Positions 13,350-27,147 are shown, counted from the first letter of the stretch. The stretch is 64,000 nucleotides of DNA from Lama glama (GCA_028534125.1 CM052817.1:88042001-88106000); one strand, 5' to 3'. Program-made: numbers and translations. The notes: a model not told the origin generated them from the letters alone.

Positions 13350-13578
13350 GTTGTGAAAAGATGAATGGGTGAAAAAATAGTTCGCATAGTTTTAAAAATA
13401 TTGATTAATAATCTTAAAATAGTTATGGTTTTTGACCCAGTAAATTCACAGTTATAAATTTACTTTATAAATAATGAAATATTTGCATGGGTAAAAGTAA
13501 AGTACGCTTATCACCTCCAAATTGATAATAGTAACAAAATTGGAAACAAGTTAAATGGAAATAACAATTAGAGATTAA
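13350..13578 (+). mobile_element. Highly decayed old L1 (L1M/L1ME) ORF2-end fragment
   Basis: tttgacccagtaaattcaca...ataatagtaacaaaattggaaacaagttaaatg resembles the L1 'tatgacccagcaattcca...aaaactggaaacaacctaaatg' region. Confidence 0.55.
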
Positions 13579-13580
13579 CC

Positions 13581-13810
13581 TTGGTGGAGGAATAAATTAG
13601 GAATTTGGAATTAGCAAATACAAACTACTATATGTACAACAGATAAACAACAAATTCGGCTGTGTATCACAGGGAGCTATACTCCATACCCTGTAATAAA
13701 TCATAATGGAAAAAATGTGAAAAATAATATATATGTGTATAAATAGATCACTTTGTTGTATACCAGAAACTAACACAATGCTGTAAATCAACAGACTTAA
13801 ATTTAAAAAA
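13581..13810 (+). mobile_element. L1 3' end (cetartiodactyl-type)
   Basis: ataaattaggaatttggaattagcaaatacaaactactatat...ataaacaacaa...accagaaactaacacaatgctgtaaatcaac. Confidence 0.88.
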
Positions 13811-14836
13811 GAAATTAAGCAGAAATAGGGCCTCTTCAGGCTACAACAGCATTTTTCTCCAGTGCAATATAATATCTGTGACTTGATGGGGAGGCAGGCT
13901 AGTGAGACACAAGAGAAGGGCTCAAGCCTTGTATTCACCACCAAAAGAAAAGTATTCAAAAAAATAATCAAGGCACAGATAAGTTTGTGTCTTATTTCCA
14001 TATAGAGAAGAAACATATGTAAATCTGGACATAGAAAAATAAATCAAAGTAAAATATATTGTAAATACCAATATATACACAGGTCTGATGGCTCGTAGTT
14101 TTTTCAGACTATAAGAGATTTGGTACTGGTTCTCTAATCCCAACTTTGTTAGATGTAGGAGCTTCTGCATCATACTAGTTACATCATTCCGAGGGCACAG
14201 TGCCTTATTATACTAAGAGCATTATGAAGGTCAAAGGGAAACCAAGAGTCCGGGACATAGGTGTGCCCTGAGAGGAACCAAGACAGCTACTGTCAACTGG
14301 TGGTCTTTGCCGCAACAAAGTAACAGAACTGGGCTCATATTCAGCTTCTCATAGTTTGCAGAAGCTGGGTCAGATGGTACTTACTGTGGAGGTAGCTTCA
14401 GTTTTGCCCCATAGATGATTTTCTTTCTTTCTTCTCTTTCTTCCTCCCTTGCCTGCTTTCTCTTCTTGTCTTGTCTAGGATTGAGGTAGTTCACTTAGCA
14501 GTGATACTTGTATGACTATGTCTCTTACACTTACACTAATGAATTGGAAGTGTTTTCAAGTATTTTCAGCCTTTATTTGCTGATTCTATAGTGGGTGAGT
14601 CATTCAGGCTGCAAAGCAGAATTGAAGCAAAATGTGAAGAAAATCTAATAACTATAGAAAAAGATAAAGCATCTATAATATAGATACAGATGTATATATA
14701 ATGTAATATGTATTTGTATTTTTGCATAAGTAGATATGTAATATTTATTTATTACATACTTACCATATAAATATGTGAAGGTCTACATATAACAGACCTT
14801 ACTGAGTGTGGGAGGCTGTAGTCAAGTCTATTATAC

Positions 14837-15270
14837 TGTAATTCTGCACCCAATTCCAACATGTGGTTTTTTCCTTGACACCAACTGGATATCCTACAAT
14901 TCAACTCAGTTCTGACACTATCAACCTGGAGATAGCATTAGATTCCACAGGTAAGGGCCCGGTCCCACGAGGCTGCTCCCCACTTCAGATGCCAATTGCA
15001 AGTCCAGGTGTGTTTCTGACCTATAAATCGGAGCTTCCTGCAGTTCCCTCCTTGCGTTTTATTAATTTGCCTGAGCAGTTCATAGAACTCACTAAGCCAG
15101 TTTACTCACTAGATTACCAATTTGTTTTTACAAAGTACGATAAAGCATATGGATCCACAGCCAGGTAAAGAGATACACAGGGCAAGTTCCTGAACAAGGA
15201 AACTTCTGTCCCTGTGGAATTTGGGCCCCAGCATAACAGCATGTGGGTGGATTCCTTATTTTCAGGAAAT
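14837..15270 (-). mobile_element. MER21-like LTR fragment
   Basis: gacaccaactggatatcctacaattcaactcagttctgacactatcaacctggagatagcattagattccacagg...cacttcagatgccaattgcaagtcc. Confidence 0.75.
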
Positions 15271-15559
15271 AAATCAGATTCGCAACCTCTTGATTGTGTT
15301 TTAGTTATACTTAAAAAGGACAGACATGGATTCAACTAGCGAATTCTATTTAAGTATGCATCTATCCTGTGAAAATGGATGCTAAAGATTATACTTTTCC
15401 AGATAGTTTATGTGACATGTGTGCTTCAGTAAAAATTAGCACTGTTACCAGAATTTTTCCTTTTTCCTTAATTTAAAAAAATTATATACACTAAAAAATC
15501 AATGTTTTTAAAACCACATTTTTCCTAAGCCACTTATACCATAACCTATTTGAATACAT

Positions 15560-16006
15560 GACAGTTTTCTAAGCCAGAAAACCAGGAATCATCTTTGGCA
15601 CTTTCTATTTCCTTAACTCTTCCAATCTCTTGCCAAGCTCTGCCTAATCCACCTCATAAATATACATGCAATTTTAATTTCCTGCTTTCAGAGAAGTACT
15701 AATCTATTTCCCCACATGCTCTTCTGCTCCCCCTACACTCTGTTCCACGTTGCTTCTAGAGTAATTGTTTTCAAATTAAAAATTAATGATATAATGATGT
15801 CCATCTTTTACTTGAAAACCTTTGATGGTGTCACACAAAAGGCTCTGAATAATAAAAATCCTGTGTTGCTGTGCTCACCTATTGTAGCTGTACGCTCTCC
15901 AGCAATTTTCTCTGAATACACTGAACTTTCCTTGTTTTCTTCTACCCTAGATTTTTTCAGTGTGATGAAATGAATGCTTTTTCTCCCTGATACACAGTGC
16001 CCTATA

Positions 16007-16052
<46 letters not shown>

Positions 16053-16290
16053 CCTCCTTAACTTTCAGATCTCTTTTCAGAGATAAATATTTCCTGATTC
16101 ATACACCCAACAGCTGCCTCTTTGAATCAGTTCAGACCCTGCTGCCTTTTCCCTTTCATGATTCAATGTACTTCTTTTTGGCTCTAATCACAACTTGTAA
16201 TTACGTATTTGATATTGCACCCTGTTTAATATTGTATCCCCCAGAGAAACATATTGATCTGAATGAATACTTGTGTTTGTTATAGGTATA
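15560..16290 (+). mobile_element. L2 3' region fragment
   Basis: aagccagaaaaccaggaatcatctttg..., ctagagtaattgttttcaaa, cttgaaaacctttgatgg, gaatgcttttctccc. Confidence 0.65.
16009..16051. repeat. (AC)21 microsatellite
   Basis: Perfect AC dinucleotide run. Confidence 0.97.
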
Positions 16291-16409
16291 TAAAATATTT
16301 AAGTTATGACGAAAATTTACAAACAAAAGAACATTTTATTCTTTATTATAATCATAAAACTCTAATGATTTGCGACTAGTAGTAATTTTTAAATACAGTA
16401 GTGGCTCAC

Positions 16410-16830
16410 AACATATATACAAAGAAACTGAAATGAATCATAGACCTAAATGTAAAGCCTAATACCCTAACACTTCTAAAAAAAAGACGTTAAACAAAAA
16501 TTGCTTACATATGACAGTAGAAACAAAATCAATAAAATTTTTTAAATGATAAATTAGACTTTAGAAACATTTAAAACATCCATTCTCCAAAATAAACTAT
16601 TAAAGGAGTGAAGAGAAATGTCACAATCCAAACTTTTTAGAATGGCTAAAATTAAAACTTGCAACAATACCCGATGTGGGTGAGGGTGTGAAGGAACTGG
16701 AATTCTCATACACTGTTGGTGGAAACGTATGTCCATTAACCAAAATCACATGTCCACTTTGGAAATCAGGTTGTCTGTTTTGTATATGGCTAAACATTCA
16801 GTTATGGTCCAGGAATCCCACTCTTGGGTA
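16410..16830 (+). mobile_element. Old L1 ORF2 3' fragments (internally deleted)
   Basis: aaatgaatcatagacctaaatgtaaagc..., ggtgagggtgtgaaggaactggaattctcatacactgttggtggaa, aatcccactcttgggtattta. Confidence 0.8.
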
Positions 16831-16834
16831 TTTA

Positions 16835-17430
16835 GTCAAGTTAATCAAAAGCCTACCAGCTCCAACATCAAATTCGTACACATCTAACTGATTAAAATGT
16901 AGCCCAAGGAGGGAGGGTATAGCATGCACAAGATCCTGGATTCAATCCCCAGTACCTCCACTAAAAAAAACCCAAATAAATAAACCTAATTACCTCTCCC
17001 TTGCACACACACACATTTTTTTTTAATTTCTAAAAAAAGACAATGTAGTTCAAATAGACATATTTTTAGCCATTTAGACCTGAACTACTTTTCATACCCT
17101 TCAAACTGCACCCAACATTTGCTGACAACCATAGGCAAAACAAACCCTATAGCTATAAGACTTCAGACTTCTGCTGCCTTGTGGTACTCTCTGAACCAGA
17201 GAGTCCCTATCTTGCTGCTAAGATAAATCAGCCTCCTCTCTGGTTTCCCTTCTTCCCCAGAGTTCCCTTGCCTTACTCCTCTTCTGGGTGGTGGCCCTGT
17301 GCACCTTTATGGAAGGTATCTTTATGGAGAGAGACTTCTTCTCCCATGCAACCCTGTCCAAGAGTTGCCCAACAAATTCATATATTACTGCTTCTCATGG
17401 TTCTGTCTCTTTCTTGATTAAGCCGAAGTT
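16835..17430 (+). mobile_element. MER74-like class III LTR, interrupted by a SINE
   Basis: tttttagccatttaga...aaactgcacccaac...ctataaga...gagttcccttgccttactcctcttctgggtggtggccc...catgcaaccctgtc. Confidence 0.6.
16908..17041 (+). mobile_element. Vic-1-type tRNA-Ala-derived SINE with internal deletion
   Basis: gggagggtatagc|atgcacaagatcctggattcaatccccagtacctcca...aataaataaacctaattacctc; flanking direct repeats aatgtagcccaa (16896-16907) / aatgtagttcaa (17042-17053). Confidence 0.85.
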
Positions 17431-18299
17431 CTGGTTCTGGCAGGCTTTGGACTAACGGTCCTAGCCCACTTTGTAAAAGTAAATAGTGTGGGGGCCATTT
17501 GAGGCTAATACACAGGGGTGAATTTTAGCCCACTCATATAACAACAGTAATCTACCAGGGTGAGTGACCAGTAATAAGAAAAAAGCAACTCTGCTGAAAA
17601 TTTAGCAATATTGACCAAATGTTCAATTACTTCTTATTGCCTTTTTCCCCTCATTTTATTAATTTACTTTTCTTTTTCAATAACTCAAATGTACTTTACA
17701 GATAGAAATATATTATTTTCTGTGTGATTTGATATTTACTAGTACTAGATATTTTGTCACCACCGTCAAGCATCTCTTCCTGTTAGAAGTGGCTATGGAA
17801 CTAATTTCAAGCTACTGGAAAGTGAGGGAAATGATGTTTATTCTTTCTGGGCATTTAAAAAATTCACATAAATTAGAAAAACTCTATTAAACTACTGACA
17901 TTTTCATATTCCTTTTGTTATAGAAGGTAATTTTACCTTTTCTAAAACAACATTGGAGAATGAAAGATAATTTTATAATATTTTAGAGTATAATTCATAC
18001 ACAATTTTGATGTATTCCATTTTAAACCCTATAATAATTTTTGAGTATCTATGCAGTGACTCTCCATCATGTGCCATAAACAGGGTACAGAGTATTAAAA
18101 ATGACAGATGTGATTCCCAATAAAATTGGGATGTCCACTAGTTTTGAAAAATAGCAGAGGTTTATATAGGCTAATCCTGAGCATGGCTAGGGGACAGAAT
18201 TAAATTACTTAAGCATGTGACTCAGAATCCCATGGCACTTGCTCTTGTTAGACTTGTTCATAAGCCCCAAATTTCTAATAAGTTTTCTCTGACAGATTG

Positions 18300-18978
18300 G
18301 TTGAAAAGTAAAAGTTGCAATCCTGTTTCTGAATGGACCTGTATAATATTCTGGCACCACCCATAACTAGATAGCTGCTGCCTTAAAAGCCCACTTTCTA
18401 AATGTAAGACATAGGTTTGATTGTCCATTTCTCATGAAAGGAGAGATGGTCTAAATTATGGATCTACATTGACTCATGGACAATAACTTAACAGGTGGCA
18501 CAATTGAAAAGCTTTAGATTCAATAATCCTGGAAAATTCGTCCTAAGAAATCTAGAGAAGAATATGGATGGCCCTCTTAAAAGAGTATGAAAATATTTGC
18601 GTATTGCATAAATTGGCATTGAAATCAGAAGATTTCAATGCTGGGGGAGTCATTCAATAATTGGGTGTTCATCAAAGTGTCCATGGCAACAGACAAAACA
18701 ACATGTCTTCCCTTCATTGTGATCTGACTGTGACAACTTTCCAACATCCAAGGGTCAATGCTGATCCTCTGCCATAATACCAATTCCTGAATATCTAGTC
18801 AGCAATGTAGTAACTGGCTAATTACATTGGATCTCTCCTATCATGTAGGGTCAGCAACTTTGTGCTTCCAGAGAAACAAAGTATTTGAGGTCTAGTTTGC
18901 CCTCAATGCCAGGAGGTGTTGATGTGATTGGACTTTGATGTTCTTTACCAGCCCCATGGTATCCCATGCAACATCAAC
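18300..18978 (+). mobile_element. Class III (ERVL / ERVL-MaLR) internal pol relic: RNase H to integrase
   Basis: 18438-18485 translates KERWSKLWIYIDSWTI (cf. ERVL KEKWPEVRIYTDSWAV); 18820-18867 NYIGSLLSCRVSNFVL (cf. DYIGPLPSWKGQRFVL); HGIPCNI in ORF 18928-19185 (cf. HGIPHSI). Confidence 0.8.
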
Positions 18979-18984
18979 TCTCTA

Positions 18985-19340
18985 GTGTGTGCTGCTGGTT
19001 CCACAGTACACATACCCAGCAGCTCTTGCAGTTGGCTGCTAACTCACAGCTCTTTCATTATTGGAGAACTGAACTCAGCACTCAGTGATATATTAACACA
19101 AAGTACAATGGGCCACTCTCTTGCCTCAAGATGGAACGAATTCTCTGTGGTTCTATTTTTACTCCAAACCCTTCCCATATGTTGAAACTAAAGCTCTATT
19201 TCAGCTGAGACATCTTTGCTTAGCTTGCCTCCCCTCTACCATGCCTACCCTTGATTCCTTGCTTGCATAATTTGCTACTGAAATAAATTTTACAAGAATC
19301 TTCATCTCAGATTCAGCTTCTAGGCATTCAAACAGGCCTA
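18985..19340 (+). mobile_element. LTR16-family LTR inserted in the ERVL internal relic
   Basis: ggctgctaactcacagc...cttgcctcaag...aataaa (19282-19287)...acaagaatcttcatctcagattcagcttctagg. Confidence 0.7.
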
Positions 19341-19439
19341 TTTTATAAAAAAGGAATTGTGACAGTTGATTCCTACAGAAAGAATTTACAATTTTTGCCA
19401 TGAGTTCCATTATCAAGCAGCTGCTGGCTTGTCTGAATA

Positions 19440-19860
19440 AATGATAGGAGGGCCAGCTACAAGGAGAGTTATGGCACCTTCTTAAAGGGCATATCTGCAA
19501 GGTTTTTTCCCTTTATTTTTCTACAGGATTTGGCACATTCCTGAAACCAGAGCCAGTACATAGTGTAAGTCTTCTTGTAGCCTGAATCCACAGGCATGGA
19601 AACAAAAAGTAGAAAATGGGGAGCGCCCCTTTCACTATTATATCTACAACCCATTTGAAAAATTGTCGCCTCTCGTCTCTGATCCCTTGTACTGGGTCAG
19701 TTTAGAATTCCTGAGAAAGAAGTCCTTCAGAAAGAAAAGAGGTCATGGATATGGTCAATTAGAAAGAGAAAGTTTCCACTGGTCATTTTGACTTTCTTGT
19801 GAAACTAAACCAACAGGAAGATAAAGGGGATATTCTTCTGATTGGTATGCTTTATCTTTA
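19440..19860 (+). mobile_element. Continuation of class III ERV internal region (integrase C-terminal part)
   Basis: tagcctgaatccacaggcatggaaacaaaaagtagaaaatggggagcgcccctttcactatta resembles ERVL 'ARIHGSRNQGVEMGVAPLTIT'. Confidence 0.7.
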
Positions 19861-20489
19861 TAAATCTAGTTTGATTTACCTCCGATAAGATTTGAGAAAG
19901 AAGAAAGTAAAAGTTTCTTCGGTATGACTGTACACCTCTGCTGGTTTTGTGTAAGCATAGGGCTCTACAAATCTTCACACAGAAAAAGTTACTTTAAAAC
20001 TATGTTGAAATTGAACATCTCACTTTTCTCTGCTCAATAGAAACATAATATTATCAGAAATTTGTCCTTTAGATAAAAAGACTGATGTTACGAGACTTCA
20101 CATATTTGTACAGTCCTTAAAATTGCATATAATTTTTGCTTATAAATACATGTGCATATAGTTTGTCTACATTAAATGAATGTAAACATATGCACGTACC
20201 TGTGGTTCCTTGAGCACTAGCAAGAAAGGTATTTTGTGATATTGGTGTTGACACAAAATTAAGTATTTTTTTAAAAATTTCCTCCTGTAAGTTAAATATC
20301 AGCATAATCATGAATGGAGATTCATATATGCAGCTACCACTAACTGATTTTCTAATTCTTCTGTTCAGTTTTCTGCTGGTGTGGTGAATCAACGTATGAT
20401 TAGTATGAAGAGGAATGTTAATTATGTAGGAGCCATACCTACTGCATGAAGAAAGTGTAAGCATAAATATTAATCAACATATATAGTTG

Positions 20490-20740
20490 AAAGAGTGTTA
20501 GTTTGAGGTACATAGAAGGTGAGTTAGACCCAATCCACCGTTACCACTACAATGAAACAATTATCAGACCTTGATCAAGTCATGTAACCTGTCTGGAGTA
20601 ACAAAATCAGATTTACTAAGCCTCATAAGTGGAATAGGAGTTAACGAGCTGTTGGGTAGTAAAATATGAGGACAATGGTTTTACTCCTATATCTGCTAGT
20701 AACTAGCAATATGTCATTCCGTTTCTTTAAATGAGAAAGC
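20490..20740 (+). mobile_element. MIR fragments
   Basis: gaccttgatcaagtcatgtaacctgtctg; tcctatatctgctagtaactagc...gtttctttaaatgag. Confidence 0.5.
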
Positions 20741-21839
20741 AAAAGTAGGAAAGATATTTATTCAAATATTTTATGACTCAATTCTTTGATCTTGTAAACT
20801 TTTAATAGTCCCTATTAATCTGCAAATTATATTGGTCTAATCTAATATACTAGATTTGTTTTTCATTTTGATGGTATTGAAATTTAGTTCTTCAACCATG
20901 TTTGGAACAGATCTATGACATATTTAGTGTATGTATGTATTGATGATGCATTGACTCAATTGATATATGTATGTTTCCCACCTATAAAATTACCCATGAG
21001 CTTATTAAACAATGATGCTTATATAAACAGTAATGTCTTTTAAAACATTTAGATGCTCTTTTTTTTTTTTTGATACAGTAGGTTCACATAAAACCAGATC
21101 TTGCACAAGGAGTTAGCATCGTCTCACTGTAATGAAACAAAATATAATCATATGTTTTTGCTTCATTTTTGGGTGAAATAACTTCTGTAGATTTCTAATG
21201 TAACTGTCAATTGATATTTTCCTATAGTTAGTTAATTTTAACTGGTGACACATTTGATTATTTTGAAACACTCTTACAAATACATACAAAAGGAAGAAAT
21301 ATATCATGACATTTTCATTTCCTTCATATCCTCTCTTCTCACTTTACTGGCCTCTCATTTCTACAGAAGTTACAAGTAACTCAATTCTTCTGATCACTTT
21401 TCAAAGACTCAGTGTGTCCCTAACTAAGGCAGCATCTCAGCCGTTGTTTGAAAAGAGGACTTGATGTTAAAGAAATTTCAGAGAGGTGTAAATTAGCTTT
21501 ACTTTTCACTAAGCAACTGACAGATGGCAATATTTAGAAGATAAAATAGCAAAGGGATTAGTGGTTTGACTGTACCTCAGACTTTCTCTATGTCATATTT
21601 CCAGAATCCAATATTGATGCCCTCTAATCCTGAGAGCGATCTGGAAGAAACAAACCTAAATAATGATTATTTCTTCTCTATGACCTGGGATTCCCTCAGA
21701 ATCTCTGAAAATCTCAGGTCATTCTAGGCTACAAGGACTCAGTTCCAGAATATATTTAACTAGGAGTCAGGGTGGGTCAAAGGGGAAGTTACCAGATTGG
21801 TCTTGTTTGACTTTCTTGATTAAAATAAATAAATAAATT

Positions 21840-21975
21840 GAGAGCATTTAAACCAGGCAGGAATCCTCTAGTTTGCCATAGTCCTCTGGACTCCTTATTG
21901 TTTCATGTCTGACACTCCTGATAACAGTGCCCAGTGCATGGAAGTTGCTCAAGAGTATTTGTTGAAGAAATGATC
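21840..21975 (+). mobile_element. L2 3' terminus
   Basis: aacagtgcccagtgcatggaagttgctcaagagtatttgttgaagaaatga. Confidence 0.7.
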
Positions 21976-24900
21976 GATACTTCTTTCCCTGACGACATTT
22001 GTGTTTGTAATCCATAAATTTTATTTTTCCAAAATTGGATAATGCTGTAACTATGCCAGGAATTTAACAAAGACGTTCAGAAATTCAGTACATAATTTCA
22101 AATGAATGAAGAAGGAGCAAAATCACACATTTTGCAATTAGACTTCGGAAAAAGACTATATATGATTTCTTGTTTATACTCCTACTTCTGAAACTGATCA
22201 AGATTCTTCTAAATTAATTTTACTCTTTCATAATCTTTTTCCCTACTTACCAAACTCTAATTCCTGTTATTTTTAAGTATTAATACAACTTAAGTATTCA
22301 GATTGATATTAATATTTTACATTGTTCACATCATAATCACTCCTTATTTAATGTGTCTTCACAGAAATGGTGTGCTCCCTCCCATAACCAATTTATATCT
22401 AGTTTACCTCCAAGAAGCTTCTGATTATTCTAGCCTAGTGACAATAGATTAGCAGTTGGAAACTGTACCTCACAATGCATTAAGTGAATATATTTTGTAT
22501 TGTCGTATGTTTTGCCCTCTTTTATGTGTCATTTCTTTGCTAATTATTCTCTAAATAGAGGTTAGGCTGGAAAATTAGACTGGAAAGCTAGCTGAGGCCA
22601 CTCACAAAGTGCTTTTTAGGGAGTTTGCATTTTATTATACAGGCAGGAGTAATCATACAATGTTATAAATGCTGAATTTGGGGGATAAGACATGGACATC
22701 ATGATGATGCAACATTCAAAAGACACTAAACAGAAATGGAGAGGCCGATTGATGGTTGGAGGTGGTGTTTTCATTATAAAGGTGATTATGAAATCAATTT
22801 CCTTCATATAACAAGCTGTATATTTTTGCAAAGCATTGAATTGAAGAGATAAAGGTATGAATGACTTAAGAATGACAATATGAAAAAGTTTTATTATTTA
22901 TAAAAAATATGTCACTTCAATTTAAATATATTTTGAAAGAACTTAGTGTTTTATTAATCAACATAGACACCATATTAAGGTAAAAACAAATTACAATATT
23001 AATATGGTTTTAGGATTCCATATGACATTTCAACTGGACTGTTTCTTTGTTTTGCTAATTTTTAATGAGGTCATATTTTACATCCTTAAATTTTTAGTTT
23101 AACTTGAAATTATTTTTAGATCATTTTAAAAATGAACTGTGTAATTAAAAACAATTTTAAACTTTAGGTCAACTGAGACACATGCCTTATGCAGAAAGAA
23201 GCAAATATTTTCAACTCTATTTCCCTCTCATGTTTTATTATATTACAGTTTATTATTACATTAATATTTCATTCATACTAAAAATTAACTGTAATGGAAA
23301 TTAGCTTAGTATTTATTATTTCCTGGTAGTAAAGAGATGCATCAGAACATTTACTGAACTTTACTGATCATTAGATTACTATTTCATTATATTCTCTAAA
23401 TTATCCAAATAGTCCAGACTTCATTTCAGTTACTGGAAGAAAATGACAACAAAACTGAAAGTGTATTCTTAGAAATGTGACTCACGTCTAGTACTTTTGC
23501 AGGAATGCTTAAAAGTTAACAGTACAAAATTAAAATTGTTTGATATGACTAAGATCTTTGCTAAGTCCCAACCCAAGATTTTTGTAGATTCTAAATCAAT
23601 TTATGCATATTCATAGTGCAGTCTCAGAAAATACCAAATCCATATAATGATTCAGGCTTTATATTATTCTAAAGGGACTTTTGATTGGCTCAAAAATGAA
23701 AACAAATTATCAGTTAGGATTTCAGTAGGGATATCTCAGATCTCTTCAAAACTATGTGAAACAGAGCTTTTGAACATTGATAAGCATCGTTTTGAATACC
23801 TCCTAAGATAAACCACTGAATTTTCAGCGTGCCTTGCTTGTCACAAAGTTATTTTTATATTAAACTTTATGTAAATTAATTGACACTCTATTTTCTTATT
23901 AAATATAGGTTGGCCCAGTGGGACAGAGGAAGGGAGAGAGTTAAATTCTATGTGAACTTTGTATATATGTTTTTGCAACATGTTTAGGTGGTGTGAATGA
24001 AAAGAATGATTAAAAATGCTCTTTCTTTGGTTCAGTGTTTGTACCCCAACAGGTCTATCAGTTTGAGAACCTAAAAATGAGGATAAAATAATGTGGATTA
24101 AGATGCGTTCTCAAATTGATATTTCCCTCTTTCTTTCTTTTTTTAATATTTCTTCTGTTTTGAATTTTTTTTCTTATTTGAAGTTGTAAATACAACCTGA
24201 CATTTTTTAGAAGCAAAAATAAAAATACCCAAATATTACTACCCTACCAAGACATGAAAAATAGTGAGAATACAATTTTTATAAACTGCTTTTGGTACTT
24301 TTTACATACTCAGTATGGAGTCATTAAAGTTGTTCCATGTGGTCAACATAGTGCTATAGAAAGTCTGAGCAAAGTAAGATATTCAGGATATCTGTTAGCT
24401 TAGAAATAGGAAGAATATTTAGAATATTCCTGTTGTTGATCAGGCATGCAATGATGAGGGCCTGAACCAAAGTGATGACAATGAGAATGAAAAATTATAT
24501 ATAATTCATGATGTAGTTGAATGAAAATTCAAGAGAAAGTGTTTGTATATATATAGAATGCCTTATTGACTCTAGCTGGTGACCTAAAATATAGAATTAT
24601 TTATTTTATAGAGGATGTCAGTTCAGAACTGGGAGAATGAGAAAATGGATATATTCTTCAAATTTAGAGAGGTCATGAGAGACATGATTTTTGGAGGATG
24701 CAATTCACTCAACAATTAATGTTTAGTAAATGCCTGAAAATAACTGTTGTGGTGCTTTGACAGAATGGAATATGCATTGGACCTGGGATGACAAAAGATT
24801 AAAGTTCTAGCATCACCAGTCACTTCATTTTACTTTTCAGTGCTAGGTTTAGGAACCTTTACCCTTTCTTCCAAATTATGTGTGAGAAACACTCCCATAT

Positions 24901-25989
24901 GAGGCAATAATTTAACCTTGGTCCCTAAACCTTTAGTCCTGCTCTGAGAACACTGTTGTAAGTCAACAGACTATGTCCTAATTCAGGTCCAGGGCCTGGA
25001 GACCTGCTTTTCTGTTAGAATTTACCAAATTCCAACCCACCCAAAGCATGGGGCATCTGATGAATTTTGATTAATTTTCTAAATTACAAAACCAAATAGG
25101 ATGATGGAATCTCAGATTCCTTTGCTTTTTGTACTTTCTCTACTTCTAATAATACAAATACTGGTTAAATAACTGACCCTGTGTTATCTTTCCACTGAAT
25201 AGTTTAACAATATATACTTGCTATTTTTATAGTTGAGAAAGGGAAACTTCTTTGATGTTTGAAACTTTCATCACTTTATTTCTGTTGAATATTTTGAAAC
25301 ATGCTTCAGAGTCACAGCACCTATAGTTAGCTTTTACACCAGGATAAGCTTTCCTAGCAGCTGCCTTACAAATTAAAAAACAAAAACAAAAAACAAAAAA
25401 AACCTTAGATCAGATCTCAAATTGTTACTTTGTTTCCTAAGTGTATTATATTACTATGATAATAAAATTTCACATTTCTGTCGTAATTAATGATATGACA
25501 GAGCTTAGGAAAGTAACTTGAATTTGCTGAATCTCAGTTCTCTCTCCTACTTTACAAAATAATATTGAGTTTTAACATTAAGTAATGTATATAAACACAA
25601 TTTACAAAGTGTGACTCACTATTAAAATGTGAGAAGAAATTTTACAAACAATAATAACAATCTTTCACAATTTGTACCTGACTAATAGTTCTCAAAAAGC
25701 AAAGTAAATGAACATGAAATGTCCACTCTCTGATCACAAAGATTATGTCCAATCAAGTTATGTCTAACATAGTATTTTTTACAAAGCACTCAATTCTATA
25801 CTTTGTTATAAAATATAATGTTATTTTTCTTTTATTCTCCATAAAAATCCTTCATCTTAAGGGTTGAGTTCCTCAGTTGGCTCCAATAGTTTTTTTCTGT
25901 AACAGCTCTGACAATTGTTCAATATACTACTGCTTTTTCCTTAAGGAATTGTTGTTAATATAATTATTATAGTATATCTCGTAAGAACT

Positions 25990-27140
25990 AAGACATAGAT
26001 TTTGTTGTCATGGGGTTTATATTTCACTTGGGGAGGTAGAAAAGCAAATAGCCATTTATACTACAAATCAGATTGATTTACATGTTTTAATACTGCCAAA
26101 CACTAAGAGTAATGAGAACAAAGAGAGATTATTGAATTTCTGGAAGGAAAATGGACTGTTTCTCCTAGAGGAGGTGAGAACAGTTTTTAAGGATAAGAAG
26201 GACAGAAATACTAAAAGTGGATGTGGGGTGAAAGGTTATTTGACATGAAGGGTTAAGAATACACTTTTTCAGCAAAAATATATTGATTGTCCACCTATAA
26301 CAGGTACTCAGTTATACACTGGTAATCAAAACATAAATAATAAATAGTCCTGACCCAAAAGGAGACAGAAAAATAGGACAGTAATTACAGTTCAGTGAAC
26401 TAAGTGCTTTGATGAAGTATGTTACTAGAGACACAGAAAATATATCTACGTGACATCAGGGGGAGCATGGTGATTAAGTAAGAACTGAGCTGCATTTTTT
26501 GAAATATAAGTTAGTTTATAGCTAGTTCAAAAAAGAGTGAAAGGTTCAAAGTAAAAGCACGTATGAAAGATTGATGGGTTATGTGAAAAACAATGATTCT
26601 GTATCACTGGAGCAATAGGAGATATGAAAGGGTGGTGGATGATGAATTTGGTCCAGGTAAGTCTGCATTTTTTTCACTAGGCCATCGTGTTTGAAGACTG
26701 TAAATCCATGAGAAACCAGGGGATGATTTTAGTTTGGAAATTACATTTTCAAGTTTGCATTTATGTCTTATTCAGCCAATATTTATGAAATATTTACTCA
26801 GTCTTAATCACTGGTCTAGCACTGTGGTGTACAAAGGAGGCAAAGTTGTTACTGTCAGGAACTGTATATTCTAGAATTCTGACACTGGTGCTACAGGAAG
26901 AAAAGGAAGACCAGTGCTGGAGACTGAGCAGTTAGAAATCTCTACAGTAATATATTACAGAATTACAAAGTTTTTAACTAAGATGTTTCCTCATTGTGAG
27001 AAAGAGGAGTAGATTTGAGACTCATAATGGAAATATTAATTATATCTCTTAAGTGAATTGTTTGGTGAGGGAGGAGAGGTAGGTGAGTAAAGAAAAGTAA
27101 TCTGGGAAGTATCCCAGTTCTCTGGGTGTGCAAGTGATGA
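25990..27140 (-). mobile_element. Decayed L2 fragments
   Basis: ttcagcaaaaatatattgattgtccacctata..., attcagccaatatttatgaaatatttact...ctagcactgtgg, gaggagtagatttgaga. Confidence 0.55.
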
Positions 27141-27147
27141 AAATTAT

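Noticed and set aside
13597..14016. Longest ORF (139 aa, hydrophobic)
   Set aside because: About half lies antisense to an L1 3'UTR; no recognisable domain; low-complexity AT-rich codons
15808..16285. ORFs with CVCVCV / HTHTHT repeats
   Set aside because: Translations of the (AC)21 microsatellite
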